Of a DNA stretch of 64,000 bases, positions 38,043-51,014 are shown piece by piece. The notes below the pieces were generated by a model that saw only the letters and a program-made list of their open reading frames with translations, was not told the DNA's origin and ran no database searches. Within the stretch, counting starts at the first letter, position 1. Every line of letters begins with the position of its first letter. The position numbers were made by a program, and so were the translations under genes. This DNA is from Polyangiaceae bacterium (GTDB lineage Bacteria; Myxococcota_A; Polyangia; Polyangiales; Polyangiaceae): contig DASQCO010000075.1 of assembly GCA_035634635.1 (NCBI GenBank), forward strand, positions 3,382 to 67,381. Direction: 5' to 3'.

Positions 38043-40196
38043 CTAACCGCGCTTCAAGCGCTCGGCCAAGCGGGTCATGCGCTCTTCGCGGCGCGTTTCG
38101 GCCAAGGCTGCGCGAATTGCACGCGGATCCGCGGCCAGCACGCACAGCTTCTTGGCGCGCGTCACCGCGGTGTAGACGAGATTGCGCGACAGCATCACGA
38201 AGTGCGCGGTCAAGAGCGGTATCACCACCGCCGGGTACTCACTGCCCTGACTCTTGTGAATGCTGGTCGCGTACGCGAGGCTGAGCGACGGCAAGCTCGG
38301 ATCGTCGTATTCGACCTCGCGTTGGTCGTAGCGCACGGTGAGCTTGCGGTTCTCGGCGTCGACCGCGGTCACCACCCCAATGTCACCGTTGAATGCCTCG
38401 CGCTCGTAGTCGTTCTTGGTCTGCATGACCTTGTCGCCCAAGCGCAGCTTCTGACCGCGCGATTCGAGCGCGGGGCCGCTCGGGTTCAACGCCGCCTGCA
38501 GCATCTCGTTCAGCGCGATCGTCCCAGCTGGCCCGCGGTGCATGGGCGTCAGCACTTGCACATCGCGCTTCGGATCGAAGCCGAAACGCCTTGGAATGCG
38601 CGTCATCACCAACTCGCGCACGAGCTCGGCAGCCTCCTCCGGCGTTTTGCGCGGAACGACGAAGAAGTCGGCGTTCGGCGAGTCTGCATCGACGCTCTCC
38701 GGCATTTCACCGTGCAAAATTCGGTGCGCGTTGAGCACGATGCGGCTCTCACCAGCTTGCCGAAAAATGTCGTTCAGGCGTACCGTCGGCACCGCGCCGC
38801 TCTCGATCAGATCGCGTAAGAACGCGCCCGGTCCCACCGACGGCAATTGGTCCGCGTCGCCCACCACGATTAAGCGCGCCGCTGTTGGAAGTGCCGCGAT
38901 CAGTGCTGCTGCCAGTGGCACGTCGATCATCGACGATTCATCGACAATCAACACATCTGCTTCGATTGGGTTGTCCGCGTCGAGCTGAAAGTCATTCTGG
39001 CGCGGGTCGAAGGCGAGCAAGCGATGCAGCGTCGTGGCTTCGAGCCCGGTCGATTCGGTCAGGCGTTTGGCAGCGCGGCCCGTCGGCGCAGCCAGCTTGA
39101 CCCGCAGGCGCGAGCGCGCGAGCACGTTCAAGACCGCGCGCACGATGGTCGTCTTACCCACGCCGGGGCCACCGGTGATGACCACGACCTTGTGCTCTGC
39201 CGCAGCTTCCACGGCCGCGCGCTGCCCCGGCGCGAGCTGGATTTTAGCGGATTGTTCGAACGCGGCGAGCGCCGCATCGAGCCCTCCCAGGCTCGCGCCC
39301 GGGCTCTGCAGCAAGCGAGTGAGACCGGTTGCGACAGCCACCTCTGCGGCGTGCAGCCAGCTCATGTAGACCCCTCCCTCTTCCACGACCACGCGCTCGG
39401 ACGCCCACAGTTTGTCGATTGCCGCGCTCACGTGCGCTTCGTCGATTTCGAGCATCTGTGCGGCGCGTTCCGTGATCAGCTCGCGCGGCACGACGACGTG
39501 GCCCTGATTGGCGAGCTCGCCGAGTTCGTGCATCACCCCAGCTTGTGCACGTTCCGGGTGGTCGCCCGCGATGCCGAGTGAACGCGCCAATTGATCGGCC
39601 GTCTTGAAGCCGACGCCGCGCACCTCGAGCGCGAGGCGATACGGGTAGCGCTGTAAGATGCTCGCGGCCTTGTCGCCGTATTGTTTGAAGATGCGCGCTG
39701 CGAGGGCGGGCGAAGCGCCATGCGTCTGCAGCAGCAGCATGATGTTGCTGATCGCACGCTGCGAGGCCCACGTCTTCTTGATCTCTTCGATGCGCCGCTC
39801 GCCGATGCCGCTAACCTCACTCAGCCGCTCGGGGTGCTCGTCCAGCACCGACAGGCTCTGCAAGCCAAAGGTTGCGACGATGCGCTTCGCAAACCCCGGA
39901 CCGATGCCGTGAATCAGCCCTGAACCGAGGTACTTCTCGAGACCGGCCAGCGTGCTCGGCGCGATCGGCATCAGCGTCTCGACTCGAAATTGTTCACCGT
40001 GTTTGGCGTCTTGTACGAACTCCCCCGTGATGCGCACGCGCGTTCCCGGTCCGACCGCGGGAAACGTGCCGACGGCGGGCAAAGCACCGCGGCGCGCCCC
40101 CCCGCCCTCGAGCGACCCAATGCGGATCACTCGAAAGCCCGTCGCCTCATTTTCGTAGGTGACGCGCTCGACTTCGCCGGTCAGCGTGGTTGGCAC
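38043..40196 (-). CDS. recD2: ATP-dependent RecD2 DNA helicase
   Basis: HhH motifs, GGPGVGKT, DESSMID, GDADQLPSVG, HKSQGSE and YTAVTRAK. Confidence 0.95.
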   Translation of the reverse strand: MPTTLTGEVERVTYENEATGFRVIRIGSLEGGGARRGALPAVGTFPAVGPGTRVRITGEFVQDAKHGEQFRVETLMPIAPSTLAGLEKYLGSGLIHGIGPGFAKRIVATFGLQSLSVLDEHPERLSEVSGIGERRIEEIKKTWASQRAISNIMLLLQTHGASPALAARIFKQYGDKAASILQRYPYRLALEVRGVGFKTADQLARSLGIAGDHPERAQAGVMHELGELANQGHVVVPRELITERAAQMLEIDEAHVSAAIDKLWASERVVVEEGGVYMSWLHAAEVAVATGLTRLLQSPGASLGGLDAALAAFEQSAKIQLAPGQRAAVEAAAEHKVVVITGGPGVGKTTIVRAVLNVLARSRLRVKLAAPTGRAAKRLTESTGLEATTLHRLLAFDPRQNDFQLDADNPIEADVLIVDESSMIDVPLAAALIAALPTAARLIVVGDADQLPSVGPGAFLRDLIESGAVPTVRLNDIFRQAGESRIVLNAHRILHGEMPESVDADSPNADFFVVPRKTPEEAAELVRELVMTRIPRRFGFDPKRDVQVLTPMHRGPAGTIALNEMLQAALNPSGPALESRGQKLRLGDKVMQTKNDYEREAFNGDIGVVTAVDAENRKLTVRYDQREVEYDDPSLPSLSLAYATSIHKSQGSEYPAVVIPLLTAHFVMLSRNLVYTAVTRAKKLCVLAADPRAIRAALAETRREERMTRLAERLKRG

Positions 40197-40300
40197 CCTC
40201 GAACCCTAGCGCGCCTCACGCTTTTGGGGTGAGGGCGAACGCGCCGTGCCGCGCCAGGCCTTGCGATAGGCCTCGGGGCAGCCTACAGAGCTTAAATAGT

Positions 40301-42933
<2,633 letters not shown>

Positions 42934-42937
<4 letters not shown>

Positions 42938-43716
42938 GCGAGCCGGTCCGCGTCGAGCGACGCGCTGCGGTCGCGCTCGTGACCCTCGATCGTCCCGAGC
43001 GCATGAACGCGTTGTCTTGGGCAACCGTGCAACGTTTGGGCGAAGTTGGCAGAGAGCTGGCTTCGGATCCGAGCGTGCTGGTCGTGATCCTGACCGGGTC
43101 TGGCGACAAGGCGTTTTGCGCAGGTGCGGATCTGAAAGAGCGGCAAGGCATGAGCCGAAGCCAAGTGCGAGAGATGCTCAGCGCGTACCGCAGCGAACTC
43201 GCCTGGCTCGCGCAATCGGAGTTCGTGAGCGTGGCTGCGATCAACGGTGTGGCCCTCGGTGGAGGACTCGAGCTCGCGTTGACCTGTGATCTTCGAATCG
43301 CCGCACCATTGGCCACATTCGGGCTGCCCGAGACTGGACTCGGCATTATTCCCGGCGCGGGCGGAACACAGCGCATCACGCGGCTCTTGGGCGAATCACG
43401 CGCGCTCGATCTGGTGCTCACGGGTCGCCGCGTCGACTCGAGCGAGGCGCTCACACTAGGGCTCGTGAATCGCGTTGCTCCAAGCGCGGAGCAGCTCTTG
43501 GAAAGCGCCCTGAAATGGCTCGAGCCAGTCGCCCAGGGCGCGCCGATCGCCCAACGCGCAGCGCTCTCGGCGGTGCGCGCGGCAAGTCGCCTACCGCTCG
43601 AACAAGGGCTCGACTTCGAGCGCGCCGCCTACGAGCGCTGCCTCGAAAGCGCAGACCGCGACGAAGCGCTGCTCGCGCTCACCGAGAAACGCAAGCCGCG
43701 CTTCCAGGGTAAGTAA
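42934..43716 (+). CDS. Enoyl-CoA hydratase/isomerase (methylglutaconyl-CoA hydratase-like)
   Basis: FCAGADLKER, GGGLELAL and PETGLGIIPGAGGTQR motifs. Confidence 0.9.
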
Positions 43717-43719
43717 GCG

Positions 43720-44451
43720 CTACTTGCCCACGCCCTGCGGCGGTTCGACGATCGCTCGCGGCTTGCCTTTGTCGACCTTCATCCGCACGTGGCAGAACTT
43801 CTTCACGGGTCGTCGCGAATCCTTGTCGCTGCCCAGGCCCCACAGCGCCACCTGCAAGTCGAGTGCGTCGCCCGCGCCGAGCACGCGCACGCCGTTCGCC
43901 GGCCAGGTGCGACTGAACTTGGCCGGCGTGTCACCGGGAACCTCTTGCTCGCCATCACCGCTGCGTTCGTCACCGAACGGATCGGGCTCAGACTTGCCTT
44001 TGCGCGCCACTGAGCCTGCGAATGCCATCGGTCCGCTCTTCGGATTCGAAAGCGAATGCACTTTGCCGTCGAGCGCAGTCGCCACGACACTCAACTTCAC
44101 TCCCCATCCGGAAGCGACTTGCACGGCGCTCGCCGACACCGCGAAACGCACGCCGGCGACGCTGATTTTCAGCCCTTCTGGCACCACCACGTAGGTTACC
44201 TCGCGGGTCGCGTTGGGGTCCGGCTCGTCTTTCTTCGCGGCGGCTTCGGGCGCGGCCGGTGCATCCGCGGCTGCAGGCGCGTCACTCGGCTCGGGCTTTG
44301 CGGCCTCAGCGCTGGGCGCGGTCTTCGCCGGTTCCGGCGCGGGCACGGTGGTTTCGGCAGTAGGCGGCGGGGCGGGCGGCGCGGACTGCGCGCCGCCACA
44401 AGCTATGGCCAGCACTGACGAAAACGACAACGCAAAGCAAGCGATACGCAT
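43720..44451 (-). CDS. Hypothetical lipoprotein
   Basis: AIAC lipobox and Pro/Ala linker. Confidence 0.7.
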   Translation of the reverse strand: MRIACFALSFSSVLAIACGGAQSAPPAPPPTAETTVPAPEPAKTAPSAEAAKPEPSDAPAAADAPAAPEAAAKKDEPDPNATREVTYVVVPEGLKISVAGVRFAVSASAVQVASGWGVKLSVVATALDGKVHSLSNPKSGPMAFAGSVARKGKSEPDPFGDERSGDGEQEVPGDTPAKFSRTWPANGVRVLGAGDALDLQVALWGLGSDKDSRRPVKKFCHVRMKVDKGKPRAIVEPPQGVGK

Positions 44452-44489
44452 GACCGCCAGACTACACCGGCGAGCTCACGAACCGCAAA

Positions 44490-45659
44490 TCAGCGCGCGG
44501 CCGCGAACTCCCGCTGCACTTCGGAAAACAGCTTGGGATCTTCGAGCAGGTCCAGCGTGGTGCGCGCCATCGCCTTGGCCGCGACGAGCATGGTCGACAT
44601 GCCGCGGTCACTCGCCGCGCAATCCGCAAACCGGTGCTCGTGGCACAAAGATTCGCCTTCGTCACAAATCGCCAAATACGGGTGAATCGAGGGCAGATGT
44701 AGGCTCAAATCCCCCATGTCCGTCGAGCCCGCGCCGACGCGCGCGTCGGTCTCACGCGCGTTGCGCCCGAGCGCTTCGAGCGCTGCACCGAACCGACGCG
44801 CCATGGTGAGGTTGTTCTTCATCTCGCGATAGCCGACCTTCTCTTTGAACGACACCTCGACGTCGCACGCAAGCGCAGCGCCACGCGCGCAGCGCAGCAC
44901 GATCGCCTTCACGCGCTCGAGTTCGGCGGAAGTCGGCGCGCGCAACGTAAACTCCGAGGCCGCGTGCTCCACGATCACGTTCACGGCTTGGCCGCCGTTG
45001 GTAATGATGCCGTGCACGCGCGTGCCGTCACGGAAGTGCACGCGCTGCGAGTCGATCAAGCGAAAGGTCTCCATGCACGCCGTGAGCGCGCTCTTACCCG
45101 CGAACGGCGCCGCGGCCGCGTGCGCCGGCACGCCTTGATAGGTCATGGCGATGCGCATGCTGCACAGCGCAGGATGAGCCAAAATATCGCGATCGAATGG
45201 GTGGAACATCATCGCGGCGTCCACGCCTTCGAACACGCCGGCTTGCAGTAACTTGATCTTGCCGCCGCCGCCCTCTTCGGCGGGCGTGCCGATGATCTCG
45301 ACCGAGCCGGGCAAATCCGAACCTTGACGCGCGAGCGCCAGGAACGCGCCCACGGCACTGCCGGCGATCAGGTTGTGACCACATGCGTGACCGATCTCGG
45401 GCAGCGCGTCGTACTCGGCCAAGATGGCGATGCGAGGTGAACCGCGACCAACGCGCGCGCGAAACGCGGTCTCGAGCCCGCCGACTCCGCGCTCGACTCG
45501 AGCACCGAGCTGTCGTTCCAAGCATTCGCCGAGCCAAGCCGCAGCCTTGCGCTCTTCGAAACACAGCTCGGGGTGAGCGTGGATGCGTCGCGAGAGCCCC
45601 GAAAGCTCCGCACTGAGCTCGTCCACGCACAGGTCCAATGCCTTACGATCGAGCGTCAT
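44490..45659 (-). CDS. M20 family amidohydrolase (PM20D2/AbgB-like)
   Basis: HPEL, EYDALP, GHACGHN, TPAEEGGGGK and GSTDMG motifs. Confidence 0.9.
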   Translation of the reverse strand: MTLDRKALDLCVDELSAELSGLSRRIHAHPELCFEERKAAAWLGECLERQLGARVERGVGGLETAFRARVGRGSPRIAILAEYDALPEIGHACGHNLIAGSAVGAFLALARQGSDLPGSVEIIGTPAEEGGGGKIKLLQAGVFEGVDAAMMFHPFDRDILAHPALCSMRIAMTYQGVPAHAAAAPFAGKSALTACMETFRLIDSQRVHFRDGTRVHGIITNGGQAVNVIVEHAASEFTLRAPTSAELERVKAIVLRCARGAALACDVEVSFKEKVGYREMKNNLTMARRFGAALEALGRNARETDARVGAGSTDMGDLSLHLPSIHPYLAICDEGESLCHEHRFADCAASDRGMSTMLVAAKAMARTTLDLLEDPKLFSEVQREFAAAR

Positions 45660-45680
45660 GCTAAGGAGCATAGCCCAGAG

Positions 45681-46883
45681 ATGACGGGATCTGCGAAGCG
45701 GTACGCCAAGGTTTGGAGAAATACCGGGAAATTCGCGTTCATGGCGCTCCCGTGGCTATGCGAAGCCTGCAATCGCCCAGCCGCGGAAAAGGCACCCGAA
45801 CTGAGTGACGCGCACGCGCCGGCCGCGAACACCGCCAGCGCCAGCGGGCTCGCTTCTACGAGTCCAGCGCCGCCGCTCGCTTCCGACGCGCCCGCCCCCG
45901 TTGTCCCCGCGCCGCTCGAAAAGGTCGACTTTCAAGACACCGCGATGGGCACGAACGTCCACTTCGTCGCCTACACCAACGCGCAAGTCGATACAGCCAA
46001 GGTGCGCGCGGCCATGACCCAAGCGCTCGCGGAAATGCGAACGCTCGAGGCCATGCTCAGTGAATGGCGCGACGACAGCGAGGTCGGCCAAATCAACTCA
46101 CATCCAGAACAATGGGTCCACGTCGGACCGGAAACGTTCGCGGTTATCTCTCGCGGGTTAGAAGCCGGCAAGACCTCGGGCGGTGCATTCGACATCACCT
46201 TCCAGGCCATGAGCGATATCTGGAAGTTCGGTAGCGCCGCGGACGCCGCCCCCAAAGTGCCGTCCAAAGCCGAAATCGAGCGTCGCCGCGCGCTCGTGGA
46301 CTATCGCACCGTCGAGCTCGATCCCACTGCCTCGGCCGTGCGCGTGCCCAAAGCACACAAAATTGGCCTGGGTGGGATCGCCAAGGGCTACATCGTGGAT
46401 CGCGCCGCAGGCGTGCTCAAAAAAGCGGGCGTGCAAGCGTTCTTGGTGCAGGCGGGCGGCGACCTATACGGCGCGGGACGAAAGCCCGATGGCTCACCAT
46501 GGGTCAGCGGCATCATGGATCCACGGGGGCCCGAAGGCAGCTCCTTCGCAACCATCGAACTCACCGACCACGCCTTCTCCACCGCGGGCGACTACGCGCG
46601 CTCGTACGTGATCGGCAAGCGCCGCTACCACCACATCATCGACCCCCACACCGGCTATCCCGCAACCGCCAGCCGCAGCGTCACCGTCTGGGCCGACGAC
46701 GCGACCACCGCAGACGCCGTCGACGACGCTGTCTTCATTCTCGGTCCCGAAGCAGGCCTAAAACTCGTCGAAGCCACGCCCGGAGTGGGCGTCGTGATCG
46801 TGGACAAAAACAACAAGGTTTGGGTAAGCCCACGTTTGCAGGGCAAAGTGCACATCACCCATCAACCCACTGACGGGATCTAA
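45681..46883 (+). CDS. apbE: FAD:protein FMN transferase ApbE
   Basis: AMGT, GAFDIT, LGGIAKGY, GGD, STAGDY and HHIIDPHTG motifs. Confidence 0.92.
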   Translation: MTGSAKRYAKVWRNTGKFAFMALPWLCEACNRPAAEKAPELSDAHAPAANTASASGLASTSPAPPLASDAPAPVVPAPLEKVDFQDTAMGTNVHFVAYTNAQVDTAKVRAAMTQALAEMRTLEAMLSEWRDDSEVGQINSHPEQWVHVGPETFAVISRGLEAGKTSGGAFDITFQAMSDIWKFGSAADAAPKVPSKAEIERRRALVDYRTVELDPTASAVRVPKAHKIGLGGIAKGYIVDRAAGVLKKAGVQAFLVQAGGDLYGAGRKPDGSPWVSGIMDPRGPEGSSFATIELTDHAFSTAGDYARSYVIGKRRYHHIIDPHTGYPATASRSVTVWADDATTADAVDDAVFILGPEAGLKLVEATPGVGVVIVDKNNKVWVSPRLQGKVHITHQPTDGI

Positions 46884-46966
46884 CTCCGGCACTTTCCCGC
46901 TTCTTTATTGATGGTCACACGATACGCCAAAGGCCGTCACAGCCTTCGGCGTCGCGGACGAGAAGA

Positions 46967-47199
46967 GAGATTAACCGCCGAGCCGCAGAGGCCGCAGAGA
47001 TCTGAGGGAGAGGAGGGGGGTTACCTCAGCGCGCCGCTTTGCGTCGGAGGAAAGACCGACTTCGGTGCCACTGCCCTCCTCTGCCGTTCGACCCTTGCTC
47101 TTGGTTCGTCGTGAACTAAGACGAACCGTTCTGGCAGCGCGAACCCTCAAAAATCTCTCTCAGATCTCTGCGGCCTCTGCGGCTCTGCGGTTCAATCTC
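46967..47199. mobile_element. REPIN/MITE-like element with ~45-bp terminal inverted repeats
   Basis: GAGATTAACCGCCGAGCCGCAGAGGCCGCAGAGATCTGAG ... CTCAGATCTCTGCGGCCTCTGCGGCTCTGCGGTTCAATCTC; non-coding and internally structured. Confidence 0.7.
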
Positions 47200-49243
47200 A
47201 GGGCGCGAACGGAACGACGCCGCTGCCGGCGACGTCGATCGCGGCCCAGCCTGGTTGCGGGTCGGGCACCATGATGCTCGCGGCGCCGGAATCCGAAATC
47301 TCGGTTCGGTAGGCCGTGACCTCTTCAATCTGGTTGCCCGCGTCGTCGAGCACTCGCGCGGTCACTGGGGTGCCTTCTGGCTGGCTCGGCTTGGTGATCG
47401 GGATACCCCAGCGAGCGCCCTTCGAGCCGCCCACGAGCAACACGCGGAAGGTCTGCAACGCCGAGGGATCTACGAACTCGGCCTTATTGCCGTTCACCAG
47501 CGCCACGCGATCCGTGAGGCCACCATAGGTGTATTCGCTGAGCCAGACGTTGTTGCAATAGCCCATCAAGTCCGTGCCCTTCTCAGAGAGCAGGGCACTC
47601 GTGCGCGAGTCGTAGCCGATGATGCCCGTGCGCCCGTCGGAGAAGGGGTACTTCGGATCAACGCCGGAGATCGAGCCGCCATTCGGCACGCAGGGCGCGT
47701 GATTGCGACCGTGGTTGTGCCCGACTTCGTGCGCCATGGTTTGCGTGGAAATGCGATCGGCCCAGCCCACGCCCATCGCCACGCGGTAGCTGCCCGAATT
47801 CTGATCGCCGACGTAGCCGATGCCCGTGGTGCACGCGCCGCCGCAAAAGCTGTTGAACGAATCCACCGGCTTGAGCATGCCGTAGTAGTAGATGTCCGCT
47901 GCCGGGGCGTCGGTCTTACGCTTGGCGCGCAGTTGGTCGAGTGTCCCCTCCCAATCCACGGGATAAGCGATCATCAGCGGATCCCCGACCGTGAAGGTGA
48001 TGGCGTCGATCGGGTACATGGCCATCATTTGTTGCTTGTAAGTCGCGAGCGTGGTGTCCGAGGTGTCCGGCACCTTGCTGTTCGCTTGCAGCGGGATGAT
48101 CTTGATCTTCAGGCCACCGGTGTGTCGCGCGGCCAGCTCGATGTCGCCGCTCGCGGGAAAACGCGCGCTGCCGGCCGTACCAGTGGCGGTGGCGCATTCC
48201 ACCAACTCCGCGGAGTAGCGCGTGTCAGCCGTGATCTGTTCGGCAGGAACCACGATCTGAAACGTGCTCATCGGCTCGGTCTCGACCGAGTCCTTACTGA
48301 TCGTTTGCTTCGCGAAGTATTGCGAGGTGGTCGTGCCGTTGTCGACGGTGATGCGACCTGAAAGCTGACGCGAGCTGAAACCGCTATCGACGGTGACCGA
48401 GAGCCGGAACATCGTCGTGCGCCCCGTCACGACGTCGGTCGTGCGCTTGTCCGTCGTGATCTGCGCCCCCGCATCCATCACCGGCACCTTCACGCTCTGG
48501 AACACGTCAATGTGCTTGAGCGTGATGCCCAGAGCGGGTCCCGCGGTGCAGCCATCCGCACCGACGCCGCTCAAACAATTTCCGTTCTCGCAAGTTTGCC
48601 CCATGCCACAGGTCTTGCCGCACGCGCCGCAGTTGGTTTCGCTTTGCTTCAGATCGACGCACACGTCATTGCACAGCTGTTGACCCATTGCGCAACCGCA
48701 CACCCCGGCGTTGCACACGGCACCCGTCGAGCACGGCTTGCTGCAACCACCACAGTGTTCGAGGCTCGTCTGCGTGTCGACACAGGCGCCGTTGCACGCC
48801 ATCTGTGTACCCGGGCACATGCACATGCCCCCGCTACAGCTCTGTCCGCTCGCACACGCTTTGTCGCACGCGCCGCAATGGGCCGTGGTCGTCAAATCGG
48901 CGCAAACACCGTTGCACAACACTTGCGGCGCAGTGCAGCTGGTCGCGGGCGCCTTGCACATCCCCTGGTCACAGACTTGGCCCTGGCTGCAGGCGATGCT
49001 GCAGCTGCCGCAGTGCGACGGATCGGACTGAGTGTCTTTACATGGGCCAGTTGCGACGCTCGCCGCACCGCTCGCTCCGCCGACCTGCCCCGTAGCGCTG
49101 GTGCCCGCGCCGGCAGCGTTGCCGTCGCTGGTGTTCGAGGCCATCCCTTGGCTCGGCGGCGCCGAGCCGTCGACGCAAGCGACGACACCGGCCATGACAC
49201 CCACTGCGAGAAATGCCCAAGGCCCCAGCCGCATGTCACTCAT
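47198..49243 (-). CDS. Secreted metzincin metalloprotease lipoprotein (M66-like) with Cys-rich repeats
   Basis: VVAC lipobox, repeated HCGxC modules, HEVGHNHGRNH zinc motif and DLMGY Met-turn. Confidence 0.85.
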   Translation of the reverse strand: MSDMRLGPWAFLAVGVMAGVVACVDGSAPPSQGMASNTSDGNAAGAGTSATGQVGGASGAASVATGPCKDTQSDPSHCGSCSIACSQGQVCDQGMCKAPATSCTAPQVLCNGVCADLTTTAHCGACDKACASGQSCSGGMCMCPGTQMACNGACVDTQTSLEHCGGCSKPCSTGAVCNAGVCGCAMGQQLCNDVCVDLKQSETNCGACGKTCGMGQTCENGNCLSGVGADGCTAGPALGITLKHIDVFQSVKVPVMDAGAQITTDKRTTDVVTGRTTMFRLSVTVDSGFSSRQLSGRITVDNGTTTSQYFAKQTISKDSVETEPMSTFQIVVPAEQITADTRYSAELVECATATGTAGSARFPASGDIELAARHTGGLKIKIIPLQANSKVPDTSDTTLATYKQQMMAMYPIDAITFTVGDPLMIAYPVDWEGTLDQLRAKRKTDAPAADIYYYGMLKPVDSFNSFCGGACTTGIGYVGDQNSGSYRVAMGVGWADRISTQTMAHEVGHNHGRNHAPCVPNGGSISGVDPKYPFSDGRTGIIGYDSRTSALLSEKGTDLMGYCNNVWLSEYTYGGLTDRVALVNGNKAEFVDPSALQTFRVLLVGGSKGARWGIPITKPSQPEGTPVTARVLDDAGNQIEEVTAYRTEISDSGAASIMVPDPQPGWAAIDVAGSGVVPFAP

Positions 49244-49570
49244 CGAATTCTCCTTGGCCACACCGCAAAGAACGGCGCAGCGCACAGCATTCATAGGGTA
49301 ACCGGTCAGTCGCCCTTGCTCTAATAATTCAGGCAAAATCCGCGAGATCGCGCGCTGTACCGTGACAGCGGCCGGCCCGCACGAGCGAATGCGATCTCGC
49401 AACAATTTTCTGACCAAACAACATGTCGAGAACTGAGATCTTGTTGATGGTCACGCGAACACGCAAACTGCGGCTCTGCCTTCGGCGGCGCGCGGCGGCT
49501 GGCGAGAGAAATTCAAGCGTGAACCGCCATGCCACAGGCTCGAGCAGTGGAATGAACTATATCTCTGGGT

Positions 49571-50947
49571 ATGTGGTTACGGACAGGGTGGGCGAGCGGG
49601 CTGGGGCTAATTCTTCTGTGTTGCGGGCGTGTGGAGCAATCGTCATCGCAGCCAAGCTCGTGCCCAACTGCAGCCCCCTCTTGCGATGACACGGGGTGTG
49701 CACCCGGCGAGCTGTGCGGCGGCGGCCCCAACGGCGGCTCGAAAAATTCCGACGGCGGCTCGAAAAATTCCGACGCTGGCTCGAGAAGTTCCGACGCTGG
49801 CTCCGGAGGTGGCCGCTCGAGCAATGCGGACGGCGGCCGCAAAGCTTGCGATGGCGGCACGTGCGGCCCGCCGCACGTCTGTGAGCCGCAGAGTGAGCGC
49901 TGCGTCGGCACTCAGTTGTCGCAGTGCGACGCGGATGGCGCCAAGTGGCTCACCCCGGTCGCGTGTGAACACGGGCAGCTTTGTATCGATGGGAGCTGCA
50001 AGCTGTCAGACTGCGAGCCACACCGTTGGTACTGCCGCGACGGCGGCGTCTACCAATGCGACGAGGACGGCAAGTTCGGAAGCATCGTCAAAGCCTGCGA
50101 TCCAGAGCTTCAACGCTGTGTGGCAAACGACGACGGCTCGCTCGCTTCGTGCGTGGACGGCTGTCAGCCGGGCGCCAAGGTATGCATCCAGAACGGAGTT
50201 GGCACCTGTTCCGACGACGGCTCGCTGCCCAAAAGCAGTGACCCGTGCGGCAGCAACGAACACTGCCAGGCTGGGGAGTGCAAGCCTCTCGGCTGCGAGG
50301 TGCTCGGCATCACACAGGCGTGCATTCCGCTCCCGTGCGTGCCCGGCGAGAAAGCATGCGTCCTCGATCGAGTGGGGACGTGCGCCGCTGACGGCAGAAG
50401 CTTGAGTGCAACGAGCGAAGACTGCCGCGCTCAGGGCAACGTATGCACGTCGGATCTGACGTGCGCCAAGTCATACATCGACATCATTGGCCCGGGCACC
50501 AACGGCGAAAAAGTGCCCGCGGACGTACTCGTAGCCAACGTGATTGCCGTACGTACCCCGCGCAAGCTGATCGAGCTACAAACCTGGACCACTCCGGGGC
50601 TCGCGGCGCGCCAGATGCACTGGGTCGCCTATGAGTTGGTCGGCAACACCTTCATTCAACGGCAGGAACAGCTGGTCTCGGACTTTGCAAGCGTCGAGTT
50701 TCACAGTTCTGGCTACGGCAGCTTCAGCCTGCAGCTCGAGTCGGGGAAGACCTACCTGTTAGGTTTGGTTGTACACGCGGCGGAGGCGACTCGCGCGTAC
50801 CAAGCGACGCGGGACACGGCACCGCTGTCGTTCGGGATTGTGCAGGGTAGCGTGAGCGCGCCGTACGCTACGAGCATCGCACTCGACGCAAACAGCCTTC
50901 GCCTCGACATCGCCGCTCACCTGAGGGTGACGACCGCTGCGCCGTAG
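49571..50947 (+). CDS. Cys-rich lipoprotein
   Basis: Signal LLCC, GGSKNSD heptad repeats, Cys modules and a beta-rich C-terminal domain. Confidence 0.7.
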   Translation: MWLRTGWASGLGLILLCCGRVEQSSSQPSSCPTAAPSCDDTGCAPGELCGGGPNGGSKNSDGGSKNSDAGSRSSDAGSGGGRSSNADGGRKACDGGTCGPPHVCEPQSERCVGTQLSQCDADGAKWLTPVACEHGQLCIDGSCKLSDCEPHRWYCRDGGVYQCDEDGKFGSIVKACDPELQRCVANDDGSLASCVDGCQPGAKVCIQNGVGTCSDDGSLPKSSDPCGSNEHCQAGECKPLGCEVLGITQACIPLPCVPGEKACVLDRVGTCAADGRSLSATSEDCRAQGNVCTSDLTCAKSYIDIIGPGTNGEKVPADVLVANVIAVRTPRKLIELQTWTTPGLAARQMHWVAYELVGNTFIQRQEQLVSDFASVEFHSSGYGSFSLQLESGKTYLLGLVVHAAEATRAYQATRDTAPLSFGIVQGSVSAPYATSIALDANSLRLDIAAHLRVTTAAP

Positions 50948-50968
50948 CGGCCCGCGCCACGCCAAGCG

Positions 50969-50998
50969 CGACGATGGCCCCTGAAGGAGCCATCGTCG
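50969..50998. terminator. Hairpin between convergent genes
   Basis: CGACGATGGC...GCCATCGTCG. Confidence 0.55.
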
Positions 50999-51014
50999 GC
51001 TGCATTGCGCGAGA

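Noticed and set aside
47040-47062. RNase P RNA (GGAGGAAAG motif)
   Set aside because: The following GUCC and the other conserved regions are missing, and the motif lies within the inverted-repeat element.
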